DNA of 63,234 bases, counting the filler, from Octopus bimaculoides (lineage: Eukaryota), in the NCBI RefSeq assembly GCF_001194135.2. It is 5 parts of 4 records of this genome, joined end to end, with 100 filler letters (N's around TTAATTAATTAA, not from the genome) between each part and the next. Parts side by side here need not be neighbours in the genome. Positions count along the whole stretch, not along the records: positions 10,377 to 34,370 come from NC_068986.1; 4 more parts are not named here. The stretch is one strand, 5' to 3'. This document shows positions 13,370 to 25,697 of this stretch, one piece after another; the first letter of the stretch is position 1; every line of letters begins with the position of its first letter. The translations under genes and the position numbers were made by a program. The notes beneath the pieces are model-generated. The model made no database searches and was not told the origin of the DNA. It was given only the letters and a program-made list of their open reading frames with translations.

Positions 13370-14635
13370 TATGAGATTCAGCTGAAAAATTCATAGGCTA
13401 TGATTCTATGATGGAAATGTGAGCACCTGAAGTTTGTTTTTCATAATAGTTCCTCTTACGTTCAACACACTTTTTCCGTCGGTGCTGTTGTACGTCGATC
13501 CAATTGATGAATAAGCTTTCATTTCATCAACAATAGACAAGGTATCATCATCACTGTGATCCGGGTTTCCAGTCAAGTTGTTTCATTTTTTCGTGTTGAG
13601 TAAGAGATGATAGTCAGATGGGTCGAAATTAGGATCAACGGGAGGGTGATCAACCATTTCCAAACCAGATTCACACGCGGCAGTCATTGAGAACGACGAC
13701 TGTGTGCTTGAACACTGTCGTAATGAAAGAAAAGACTTTTTTGTCAATTTTCCTGGGTGTTTAGTATTGATAGCCTTTCCTGACTGCCTCAAGTTCACAT
13801 AGTATTCTCAACCGATGGCCTGGTCCTTTTGAAGATAGGAAATAAACACAATATCTTTAGCTTTCCAAGAAATGAAATCTTCATCTTCATTGCAGATGAA
13901 GTGATATTGGCCTTCTTTAGAGCAGGTGAGGAGGGAGTATTTCCAGTACATGCATTGTTTCTTTGACACTGGTTAAAAGTAATGAAATCCGTATACTCCT
14001 GGGTTTGAAAGCGTTTAAAGAAACCAACTGGATTTTCCTCAAACCATATCCAGTGATGTGATCAGCCTGATGCACTTTCGATCAGGTGTCAGATATGTTG
14101 CACCCACCGGTCAGCGACCTTCATGATGCCAAGTCCAATGTGCAGAATATGCTAATTCTCTCATAGTGTATGCGAATAGCTTTGCCTATTTAATTTATAG
14201 TCTATCACCAGTCGTCTATGACTATGTGGTGAACACCGTTAATGTTTTCGCTGGAGGTGGGAGTCGCAGAACGTCCAGTCCCCGTGTCAACATGAAGACA
14301 CTCCCTTCTCTTCAGCTACCCATTTCTGCACTGTTGGTTGAAAAAGGTGGATTGTCATCCCCAAATATAACAATTATATCAGCATAAATATCCTCGGGCG
14401 GAAGAACCTTTTTCGACAGATACCAAATTTCATTAATTTTCAAGAGAAATCAAAAGTAATTACATTTGAAGACTTTTTTGAGCAGTGAGATGTCAGTTTA
14501 CCCGACGGAAAAGAAAACAATAAACAAACCAGACAATCCAGTTATTAATATGAAGGTTTGAAATTAATGCCTTCAAGATATCACAATTCTATTAACACTC
14601 CTTCATTGTCAGCCTATGACCTTTTCAGTACATGA
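13370..14635 (-). mobile_element. Full-length fossil mariner transposon (about 1.27 kb, transposase pseudogene)
   Basis: Imperfect TIRs: CTGAAAAATTCATAGGCTA (13382-13400) versus the reverse complement of 14610-14628 (16/19 match). The minus strand gives LEMVDHPPVDPNFDPSDYHLL (the HPPYSPDLAPSDY motif) with many stops. Confidence 0.85.
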
Positions 14636-15119
14636 ATTTTTCAGTTTTATAATAATTGAAATGAAGTGTGAAATTGTGTTAATCAATGCAGAATAATTAC
14701 TTAACTTCTCAAATTAATGTCTACCTCACCAAGCAGATTCCAGCAACATTACAGCTACACATATAACGATACGTATTGTGTTTTCATACACGCTATGCAC
14801 ATGTATTCATATATGCGCTCCTACACTCAAATCGACCCAAATAAGCACAGATATATACTGAAATTCTTTCAATAAATATTATACGCAACTGAGCACATCA
14901 CCTCTCTTCTACGCTGTAACATTAGACGTAAATGAAAAGAGCATTTACTTTTGTCCAACATGTCCTCAAACCTCGCAATCACATAAACAAAGAACTATAT
15001 AAGAACAATAGTTAGTGACATTATCTAGCGACGTTTAATCTGTAGACATTTTTCAATCAACATTGAGAATAAATTAAGATGCTGAGTACCTTCACGAAAT
15101 CATAACTTTTATAACCTGC

Positions 15120-15390
15120 GAAGGCGAGTGGTTAGTACTCAGCGTATTCGGTTCACAGTCCAGAGGTGGATTCCTGGCAGTGTGTTGTGCCCTTGAGAAA
15201 TACACTTTATTTCACGTTGCTCAAATCCATTCAGCTTCAAAAATGACTCGTACCTGTAATTCAAAGGGATAGCCTTATTACATACTGAATTTTCTTCAGA
15301 ATTGCGTTAAGGGCACGCGTATCTATGGTCTGCTCAGCCATTTACAAGTCAATTTCACGAACAGGAATTTTTGCTGATCTGATTGTAACC
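15120..15390 (+). mobile_element. tRNA-derived SINE family D
   Basis: The head GCGAGTGGTTAG is followed by TGTGTTGTGCCCTTGAGAAATACACTTTATTTCACG and a tail (GTTAAGGGCACGCGTATCTATGG...TTTCACGAACAGG) shared with 58590-58720. Confidence 0.65.
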
Positions 15391-15634
15391 GCTTTTATGC
15401 AAGTTTTACACTTATAACCGAATATAATGCTTTAAATAGCTTTCATGCTACTGGTGTATATGTTAACTTAAATGCCTTCGACCTCTCCCTCAAAAAATGA
15501 GGTACGAAATATACACACATTTACTTTAATCTATTCCGATGGTAGGAACATGAACTTAAGATAAAAACGTGCCTGATAAATTACGTTTGATAAACATATA
15601 GACAAGAAAAACTGTAGCTGGAACGGTGAATTGG

Positions 15635-15830
15635 AAAAATAGTTAGCATGCCGGCAAAAGTGATTATCGGAACTTTTCTGGTTTTCAGATTTGACTTCAA
15701 ACTCTACCGAGGCAAATTTTGCATTTGATCAATTCTAAGTCGATAAAATAAGTAGTTATGGTGCATTAGAGTCAATGTAATCGATTTACCCGTTCCTCTG
15801 AAATGACTGGCCTTTTCCCCAAGAATCCAG
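15635..15830 (+). mobile_element. Degenerate SINE family B
   Basis: GTTAGCATGCCGGC...GTCGATAAAATAAGTA...GTCAATGTAATCGAT matches family B. Confidence 0.6.
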
Positions 15831-16349
15831 CCATTATAGGAATCTTTAGTCCAAAGACAATTATTTAATAGAGTAATCTATATATTATTTGTTTTCTCAT
15901 CAACAACAGATTGTCGGCAGAATAATGGCAGATGTGTTGGGAAAAATAAAACTTGGCCAAATTTGGAAGACGGTGAATGCTGGACACACAGGTGCCACAT
16001 TAAGGGAGGTAAACGCGTTGAAATCACATCAAAATTAGGGGGAAAATGTTAAGAAAAGTAAGTATATATTTTAAGATATTTAATTTGACTTATATAATAC
16101 ATTTTTCCCATATCACTGTTCAGTTGCACTTGTAACACACGTCCTTTTCCGTTCTACCTCTAACTCCAGTTAGCTTTCCTTTTGATGTAAAAATACAATT
16201 GTAAGCATTTCTAGACCGTCGAAATCCTTATTTTTTTATTTTAAAATGTGTCTCTTTTTCAGGGCAATCTATGACAAAATGCTTTCCATTTCTTAACAAC
16301 AGAAGAATTAGAATTGAAATTCTTTATCTTTTACTTGTTTGATATTTTA

Positions 16350-16520
16350 GATAACAGCGGCCATCTTGAATAGTTTAGTGGAAGAAACTGAGACCAGTAT
16401 TAAAAATATTTATTTTTAAATGTGGTTTTTATTCTATCGGTGTCATTTTTCGGACCACTTAAACGTAAATGAATCGACACCGGTTGACAAGTATTGGAAG
16501 CGAGAAACACAGCCACACAC
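16350..16520 (-). mobile_element. Degenerate SINE family A 3' half
   Basis: CAGCGGCCATCTTG and TTATTCTATCGGT...CACCGGTTGACAAG are collinear with 7100-7280, and the copy abuts a CA/TA microsatellite. Confidence 0.55.
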
Positions 16521-16604
16521 ATAGAACATACAGCACACATACATACATACTTGCATACATACATGCATATATACATACATACATACATACATATATATAT
16601 ATAT

Positions 16605-16642
<38 letters not shown>

Positions 16643-16651
16643 ATATATATG

Positions 16652-16728
<77 letters not shown>

Positions 16729-17038
16729 ATATATATATTGTAAGATACAAATATGATCATTTATTTTCGAACATTGATACGGAGTTAGAACTGCAGGAAT
16801 GTCGGGTACATTTCAATNNNNNNNNNNNNNNNNNNNNNNNNNNNNNNNNNNNNNNNNNNNNNNNNNNNNNNNNNNNNNNNNNNNNNNNNNNNNNNNNNNN
16901 NNNNNNNNNNNNNNNNNNNNNNNNNNNNNNNNNNNNNNNNNNNNNNNNNNNNNNNNNNNNNNNNNNNNNNNNNNNNNNNNNNNNNNNNNNNNNNNNNNNN
17001 NNNNNNNNNNNNNNNNNNNNNNNNNNNNNNNNNNNNNN

Positions 17039-17072
<34 letters not shown>

Positions 17073-19459
17073 GGCTACAGCTCGTATCCGAGCATTGGGT
17101 TCGTCAGTTTCCATCCAGTCTCCTCGGTTAATGCTTGTGCCCAAACTGATTTGGAGTCTAAGTCGGAGGTGAAAGATTAGTGGGCAGAACTCGCACGTGA
17201 TGGTCGGTGCAGGTCGAGGATATTGAAAACACTCCTTTCTTCTCTATTCTCTAAAATAACTCTTTCTTCTTTGTTACTGCCCTTAAAATGACTAACCTTG
17301 TTTCTTGTCTACGTGTATATACATATTTCGTACTTTTCTCTATAATAATTATTTCTTGTTTGCTCTAATCCTAAAATGACATTTTCGTGTCCGTGGTTGC
17401 TTTCGTAAACTGTACACATTTATATTAATTCACCAAATAGCTTCCAAATTGCAATCTGTCCCTCTAAAATAACACCTTCCCTTGTTTTTTGACTATATAT
17501 AGATACATATTTCGTACCGTTCGCTAAAATAATTTCTTTCCTGTCTGTATCTCACTTATTCCTCGTTGCAATGGCTACTCCCAACTATTTCTCTTACTAT
17601 CTTAGGGTAAAGTTTGCAATCCTCGTCCATTTTCGGCTGTCGGCTCCACACCTGTTCCTTTGCTCTCTCAGAATTTCGTTAGTGTATTTCATGTGTTTGA
17701 TCGTTTCATGATACTCAAAAATATGCACAGCTAAGCTAAGAATTTCTCTTGTTTTTTAATCGCCTATTCGTTCAAACTTATCTATTCTCTAAAATAATTC
17801 TCTCTTGTATGTTCTGCCCCTAAAACGATTAACTGAGGTTTTCGTGTGTATATATATATATATATATATNNNNNNNNNNNNNNNNNNNNNNNNNNNNNNN
17901 NNNNNNNNNNNNNNNNNNNNNNNNNNNNNNNNNNNNNNNNNNNNNNNNNNNNNNNNNNNNNNNNNNNNNNNNNNNNNNNNNNNNNNNNNNNNNNNNNNNN
18001 NNNNNNNNNNNNNNNNNNNNNNNNNNNNNNNNNNNNNNNNNNNNNNNNNNNNNNNNNNNNNNNNNNNNNNNNNNNNNNNNNNNNNNNNNNNNNNNNNNNN
18101 NNNNNNNNNNNNNNNNNNNNNNNNNNNNNNNNNNNNNNNNNNNNNNNNNNNNNNNNNNNNNNNNNNNNNNNNNNNNNNNNNNNNNNNNNNNNNNNNNNNN
18201 NNNNNNNNNNNNNNNNNNNNNNNNNNNNNNNNNNNNNNNNNNNNNNNNNNNNNNNNNNNNNNNNNNNNNNNNNNNNNNNNNNNNNNNNNNNNNNNNNNNN
18301 NNNNNNNNNNNNNNNNNNNNNNNNNNNNNNNNNNNNNNNNNNNNNNNNNNNNNNNNNNNNNNNNNNNNNNNNNNNNNNNNNNNNNNNNNNNNNNNNNNNN
18401 NNNNNNNNNNNNNNNNNNNNNNNNNNNNNNNNNNNNNNNNNNNNNNNNNNNNNNNNNNNNNNNNNNNNNNNNNNNNNNNNNNNNNNNNNNNNNNNNNNNN
18501 NNNNNNNNNNNNNNNNNNNNNNNNNNNNNNNNNNNNNNNNNNNNNNNNNNNNNNNNNNNNNNNNNNNNNNNNNNNNNNNNNNNNNNNNNNNNNNNNNNNN
18601 NNNNNNNNNNNNNNNNNNNNNNNNNNNNNNNNNNNNNNNNNNNNNNNNNNNNNNNNNNNNNNNNNNNNNNNNNNNNNNNNNNNNNNNNNNNNNNNNNNNN
18701 NNNNNNNNNNNNNNNNNNNNNNNNNNNNNNNNNNNNNNNNNNNNNNNNNNNNNNNNNNNNNNNNNNNNNNNNNNNNNNNNNNNNNNNNNNNNNNNNNNNN
18801 NNNNNNNNNATACCATCTTAATATATCTAATATTTTAATCAAAAAATTTAAATTAAATAACATATTACATAAATAATTCATATAAATCATATAAATAAAT
18901 CATAGAAATATTAATTTAAAAAATTTAAAAGTCAAATTTATAAATTGGACAGTAAAAGTTAATACGATAATATACAGTATGGAAGTATAAATGTAGATTA
19001 AAATATTAGATATATCAAGATGGTATATGCTTCACAGCATGGATTTGAACGGCTTCTGAGTTGACTGAGTTGTAGAGTGGTGGTTCGTCTCTAAATAAGT
19101 TATATACATATATATTATATATTAGGAAACCCGGTATGATATTATACCGATTCTTTGCCTGTAAGGTTGGAATAAATTTTTTATCCCCTAATATTATTAC
19201 TATATATATATATACTATCGATGTGTAATTATAAGATCTAAAGGTCTAAGTATTGGAATTCTCTAAGATTTGAGCAGTCCGTGGTATGTATAAAAACACA
19301 GGAAGTATAATAATTGACGTGCGAGGGTCGTATAGTTTTGGCTTTTCGAAGTTTGATAAACTGAAAACAAATGTTTTATAACACACGGTTAGCAACCTCA
19401 TTCGCTCTGAATGCAAAAGGAGATCTCAATTAGGGAAGCGGATCAGCTAAAATTCAGAA

Positions 19460-19610
19460 TACATAGGTTTCCTAGCTAGCAGATCCTCTAATGTAATAAG
19501 TAATCAACAAGGAGTAGTCAACGAGATACTCATCAGGCCGATAATACTTCAATTACATGAAGGTTGCATTTTCGTCAAGGAATCCCAAGTTAACTCGCCG
19601 AAGAAATGAA
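19460..19610. repeat. Dispersed repeat homologous to 1150-1300
   Basis: Same collinear blocks as listed for 1150-1300. Confidence 0.6.
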
Positions 19611-19785
19611 TGTCAAAGCCAGAAGAGCGGAGTAGAAAAATCAAATAAACAAACAAACAAAAAAATAAATAAACAGATAAAAGGCAAATGCTTGAAGAAA
19701 TGTGTGGATCAGTAAATAAAGTGAGAGAGGGTAATTTAAGAGAGGGTAATTATGTATGTATGTATGTATGTATGTATGTATGTGT

Positions 19786-20640
19786 GTATACCACTTTCAG
19801 AATTGTTCCTTGAACCAAGATAGCTGGTTCCACATATGGATTTCCTGGTGCAGGCTGGAACATTACAACAGTCTTGTCCAGGCTAATGCTGAGTCGAAAT
19901 GCCTCCACAAGAAGCAGAAATACGATTCGTAAGTATTCGCATGTCATAACAGTCATCTGCATAAAAGTGGTCACGAATAAGAGACTGGAAAACTTTTGAA
20001 TTGGTAGCAAATCGGCGCAGATTAAAGAGGCGGCCGGAAGATCGATACCTGATATATATTCCCAGTGAGCTAACCTTAGCAAAAGCGTGATTAAAAGCAG
20101 CGGCAAAGTACCAAGAAAAGAGATTTGGGTTAAGGATGTCACCCTGCTTGACACCATTCTCTACAAGAATGAGTCCCGCCATGCCTCCACCAACATTGAT
20201 CCAAGCCTCCATCCCATCATGAAGTGATTTAATTATAGATCAAAATAATCCGGACATCCAAGTTTGCCAAGTATTTTCCATAGCAAGGCCCCTTTTCACA
20301 GTATCAAAGGTCTTCGTTAAATCAATGAATACCTGAACAAGATCCATATTCTGCTCATAGCACTTCTGCAACTGTCTTGCTGTGAAAATCATATCTATTG
20401 TCCCTCTACCAGATCGGAAGCCACATTGAGATTCAGATAGGAAATCATTTAGGAGACACCCGTTCAGGCTGTTAAGAAGAATATTTGCCAGAACCTTCTC
20501 AGCAGCTGATAGTAGAGCAATACCACTGTAGTTACCACACATTGTTCTGGCTTGTAGAGAGGAAGAATAATTATAATTGCATCTTTCCAGTCCTTAGGCA
20601 TTGCACCATCCCTCCAGACTGCACTAATAAGTTCATGTAA
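19786..20640 (-). mobile_element. RTE-clade LINE reverse transcriptase fragment (pseudogene)
   Basis: Peptides DWKDAII, CGNYSGIALLSAAEKVLA, ESQCGFRSGRGTIDMIFTARQLQ, FIDLTKTFDTV, GVKQGDILNPNLF, YRSSGRLFNLRR, YADD and KTVVMFQPAPG, with frameshifts. Confidence 0.92.
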
Positions 20641-20824
20641 TCACCACCAAATCGCAAGTGCAGGTGGCTGACTACGTTTCCAACCCGTCAGGTTTACACG
20701 CTTCACCCATCTTCCTATCGCCGCAGGACTTCCGAATAAAAATAATATAAAAATATGCTAAAATAAATAAATATATAAATATATACTAAAAATAAAGATA
20801 CATATATACAGAAAATAAAATAAA

Positions 20825-22640
20825 GTAGAAGGCGTACCCGGTGTTACCCGGGTTCGTTAGTTTGAAAAGGCTGAGAAACTAATAAAACGATTAACACCCC
20901 CAACCTTATACACCTTTCACGCTTTATGGCAATACTAACACCTAAGTAACACTTAAAGGGAACCCCACGTGTAATATTACGATCACAATCTCGAGAAGAA
21001 AATGAAGCAACAAAAATTATAATAGCAATAAGGTAGGACTGAAATATGGCGCACGTACAGCAAGTCTACATAACTACCTTATAAACAACATTTTTAGTTT
21101 TTTCCTGGGGGATGAAGGCAACCCACTCTTGAGCAGCCAACGTAGAGCTGACCGTGTGAAAAGTATGGTTCGGCTAAGTAAAGTTCAACGAGAGACTGCG
21201 AAACTCTTGGGACTTATTAATGGACATGGCGTAACTGAGTCTAATCGCGGAAACTGCACTCTGCGGAATGTGAACGGTAAGTCAGCGGCCGAAGGCAGAA
21301 GGGGAATTCGTCGTATGAAGACGTCTTGACCTTTACCACAAACGATCATAATCGTTGCTTCAATGGCATTAGGAAGTAATTTTGTGATAACAAGGCGTGT
21401 ACCGTTGCACAACGTCGGTGGAATTAAATTCCTTATCAGCAGCATAACAGCGCTACCTACTTTAAGAGTAAGAATTATGTGTAGGTACACCTGAAGGCTC
21501 CAAGGAATTCAAAAATTCAGTGGGATAATCAACTACCTCATCCTGATAGGGAATAATGTCCACTGACTTATAGACTGTCACGTCCCCAGGCAAATACAGT
21601 AAGAGGCTGCTGTTGATTGCACTGAGTGCAACATTTTTAGGAGCCAAAATGGCTCTTGACAAAGCCAATCTAGATCTCTGTTGTGGACTTCTAGGCCTGG
21701 GAAGACCTGGTCCTGAAGACTATGGATAGTACTGGTTATTGTGCAAATGTTACTTATGTCAACATCTTCATTTCCGTCTTCAGGAACTTCACCATTGCCA
21801 AGAAGGAGGATGTACCCGGCAAAATCTTCTGAAAATGGGTCCTCATGGAGGCGCGCTGTCATGTTAGATTCTAACTTTAAAGTAACAACATGACCCTATA
21901 GAGGTGAAGACATAAGACAAGCCATTACTTCATCCGCCCTTGTGGCTTTCGGAATCACTATTTTTTCTAAAGTCCACAGATAGCAGGACAGTGATCCCAC
22001 CCCCAACGTTTCGTGGCTTTCCTTTATGTCTCGCAAAGTTCTATCTAATGCTTCAAGGGCACCCTTGTGATCCATTGTGAATTCATCCCAAAGAATCAGG
22101 CGGCATTGTGCGAGCAATTGCCCGTTGTCCGACGTCTTTGAAATGTTGCGAGCTTAAGGAAGCTTAAACGTAGAGTGTGCAGTCCTACCACCAGGGAGTA
22201 GAGTAGCAGCTATGCCCGAAGTTGCCATGGCTATTGTGATGCACTTTTGTAGCCTTAATTTTGCAAGAATGAGTCTAGTTAGGAACGTTTTGCCTGCCTC
22301 TCCAGGAGCTTTAAGGAAGAAAACGCTACCTTTACGACCCTGGACTTGCTGAACGATAGTGTCACAGGCGTGCTTCTAAACGGGTAGCAGGAGTGCCTCA
22401 TTGATCTGTACATATGAAGATAGTTCAGCAATGTCGGAAGATGTTTCACGAACAATCTCAAAAGGGGGATCATTTGAGGTAGGCCTTCCAGTGGGGGAAG
22501 CCCATCAGTGGTCATTACGTCACCGCCTAAATCTAAAGTCTTGTTTTCAATCTCAATCAGCGCTAGGTTGTATATTGCATCAGTGAAACCTACTTTTCAA
22601 GCAGGGAATCGAGGGTGAGCGGCTCGCCTAAAGTCCTCGG
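20825..22640 (-). mobile_element. Helitron fossil: PIF1-family helicase half of RepHel plus 3' terminus
   Basis: Walker A-like APGEAGKTF, ATSGIAATLLPGGRTAHST, WDEFTMDHKGALEALDRTLRD, RAILAPKN, YPTEFLNSLEPSG, LCNGTRL and FSHGQLYVGCSRV, ending KTKNVVYK. The 3' hairpin at 20836-20853 is followed by CTAC (20825-20828, a CTAG variant) and T. Confidence 0.92.
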
Positions 22641-22895
22641 ACAGGTCATTCCTAAATTGAAACCACAAAGAATACGGACCACTGGATGCATAAATGTGCA
22701 GTATAACAACAGCATAGTAACATCCGCTCACATAACTTCAAACACACATACGCATATGGAAACTTAGTTTGTGTGTATTTAGGATGCTGTTCATTTTCTG
22801 AAGGCGACACAAACTTTTCAGCGGTGCACTCACGATTATACTTCAAGTTATCAATAACTAACGTACAGTGTATAATAGTGTCCTATCCACTGAAT

Positions 22896-23990
22896 ATGGC
22901 CAATAATATTATAAAACGACACTGGGTAGAAAACGAAATCAGTGCACCGATAAACGTTTGGTGCACTCGCCATAACGATAGTGTAAAAGCTAATGTCTAC
23001 GGTAAGATCGCTGAAAAATTAACGTCACAGTCCATTTACAGATCTGACAAACAGATCGAAAACAAAATAAAAGAAACCACAAGATCGTTTCCTACTGTGC
23101 ACGCGCACATGGTAACACTGGAAGCCATACTTGTCAACGGACGTAGCGCACCAACTGACCCAATTCCAACAGGTCAGGGATCATTTCAACGACCCGTTAG
23201 CCAGCAACAAACAACATCCTCATTGATATCGCTATCCGACCTAATTCCAACCAACACTACCGTGGCAATCCAGGACTCACTATCGCAACATCAACAGCCT
23301 GCTGTTGCAACTACATTGGAAGCACCTTGTTTGGCACCATTATCTGACCTGATTCCACCCAGCCCTACTGTTGCAAGTCAAGTTTCACTGCCGCTACAGC
23401 AACAACAACAACAACTGCAGCAGTCTGCTACTGCTACTACAATAGGACCACTGACCAATGAGCCTCCTAATATAAAAAAAAAACCTTTACTGTGCCCATG
23501 TCAAAAACCCTGTCGTTACCATTCGCAAGGTAACTGTAGATTTGGCCCCAGCTTGAACTGAACCCAGAATACAACCACAACCATCTGAAGGGCACAAGAC
23601 GATCGAAAAATAAATAGAGACAGCAACAGAGGAGACCTACGACAACAACAAAATCAAAATACAACCACATTTCACCTCCTGCAACCAAACAACAGAGACA
23701 GAACTATGGGAAAACCATAACACCAAGTACAATAAACATGAACTATGTATCCTCTGACCAACTGGCAAATCAAAGTGGCAACTCTTTCTTACTAACTTAT
23801 CTAGAAAATATGAAGGCCGACCAAAGCCAAGAGATTCAACAAGCTATCAGCAACCATTTATGCAAAACACAAAAAAAACACACACCCATCACCAACTAGA
23901 AAATCACACACACACAGCTCTATACAAAAACTACCCTTATTGCTACCTTTAAACAACATAAAACATAATACTGAGCTCTTAGACCAATGA
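22896..23990 (+). mobile_element. ORF1-like region of a CR1/L2-type LINE (Myb/SANT-like N-terminus, Q/T/P-rich linker, CCCH-like finger; disrupted)
   Basis: ATG at 22896 is in frame with ORF 22773-23561. It gives HWVENEISAPINVW...VYGKIAEKL...RSDKQIENKIK (trihelix-like) and CRYHSQGNCRFGP, directly upstream of an AP endonuclease (APE) ORF on the same strand. Confidence 0.6.
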
Positions 23991-24870
23991 AAACATCAAA
24001 CTACCTTTACCTCGACATTCCTGTCAAATGTACGTGGTATCAACCCATCACTCATTGCCCAAAAATGGAAGATGCCATACATAGAGAGTTGGCTTGCCGA
24101 AATGGCACATTGCTTCCCTTTCTTTATCCATACTGAAACTCACCTAAATAGCACACATATGGATGCCGAGGTGGAAATAAGAGATTTCTCCATCATCCGT
24201 GCAGATCGCACATACCGAAATAAAGTGGAGACAGCCATCTTTCTCGATGCCTCCTTTTCAGTTGATGCCAAGGACATATTTTCCAATGCCTATTGTGAAT
24301 CTATACCACTATTCAACAAGGCCAAAGACATAACTGTTGGTCTTTACAGGCCACCTAAAGTGCTTCGAAGAGTGCCTCAACAAAATCAAGTCCTTCCTTC
24401 AAAAATACAACTCCGGAAACATACTACTGATGGGTGATTTTAACCTCCCTCATATAAACTGGCCCACAAATACTCTGAAGTTAGGCAAATGCTCTACATC
24501 AGACAAAGCAGCAGCAGAATTACTCTTTAATCTAATGGATACATTCTTCCTGACTCAGCTAGTGCTCGAACCAACAAGACAGAACAAAACGATTTGGGAT
24601 TTAATATTAACCAACCACTCTAGCTCCTTTCACAGTATTTCAGTTGAAAAAAACACTCCTCTCAGACCACGACATGATACTCTGCAAATTTAAATTTCCG
24701 GCATATCAAAACGAAACCAGCCAATCCCACTCCACTGCACTTATTTGACAACATAAACTTTCACAAAGCGGACTGAGGAGCAATCAGAAAAGATCTGTCC
24801 TTCATCGATTGGTCTTTCACTCTCAGTTCCACTCACATTGAACTGTGCAGCAAGGCTTGCTTCAACGCGT
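23987..24870 (+). mobile_element. CR1/L2-type LINE ORF2 AP-endonuclease domain, 3'-truncated pseudogene
   Basis: Motifs FLSNVRG, HTETHL, IIRADR, VGLYRPP, LLMGDFNLPHINW, EPTRQNKTIWDLILTN and NFHKAD, with frameshifts. No RT follows. Confidence 0.9.
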
Positions 24871-25697
24871 AGAATAGTACATAACTAGCTGAGAGAGTAA
24901 AGATAATGTTAGAATGAAAGCCACAAGTCTTCTGAAATACAGCTAATCAGGGCTTTCTGGTAGAAACAGTAATTTATTTCGCCATTTTCAACACTGTTTG
25001 GTCAGTTGTTCAAAACAGACGTTTGAACAAGGTACGCTCATAATGTAGAAGGCAGATTGGAAAACACAGGGGTGATAATCAACGTTTCAACGGACATAAT
25101 AAAAAATAGTAGATCAGATGGGAATAACTTAAGATAGGTCCTGTGGTTTTTCTTTCATTTCTGCCGTCAAAGCATTTTTTTTTTTAAAGCGGACGTGAGA
25201 AAACAAAAAAAAAAAACTTCCTGAAATTTATGCGCGGTCATTGAAGGCACTAAAGCTCTTTAAAAGATATGGCTTTTGAGAGAAAATATCTAACATCGTT
25301 TTAACCCGTTAATATAGCTTTTGATTTTGGAATGGTTTTCTGTGCATTTCCCATCATTTCATATTGTTTATTACAATTGACCACGCGGTATATTTCTTTT
25401 AAGTTTTTCCATATATATATACATACATACATATATACATNNNNNNNNNNNNNNNNNNNNNNNNNNNNNNNNNNNNNNNNNNNNNNNNNNNNNNNNNNNN
25501 NNNNNNNNNNNNNNNNNNNNNNNNNNNNNNNNNNNNNNNNNNNNNNNNNNNNNNNNNNNNNNNNNNNNNNNNNNNNNNNNNNNNNNNNNNNNNNNNNNNN
25601 NNNNNNNNNNNNNNNNNNNNNNNNNNNNNNNNNNNNNNNNNNNNNNNNNNNNNNNNNNNNNNNNNNNNNNNNNNNNNNNNNTATATATATATATATG

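Noticed and set aside
16400-18890. Long ORFs rich in YI/HT/VC or X here and throughout (for example 32545-33828, 40575-41865, 52230-52877)
   Set aside because: These are translations of dinucleotide microsatellites and N gaps.
19200-19600. Possible mitochondrial insertion (TGA-interrupted minus-strand frame)
   Set aside because: Reading TGA as Trp gave no recognisable mitochondrial protein, and TAG stops remain.
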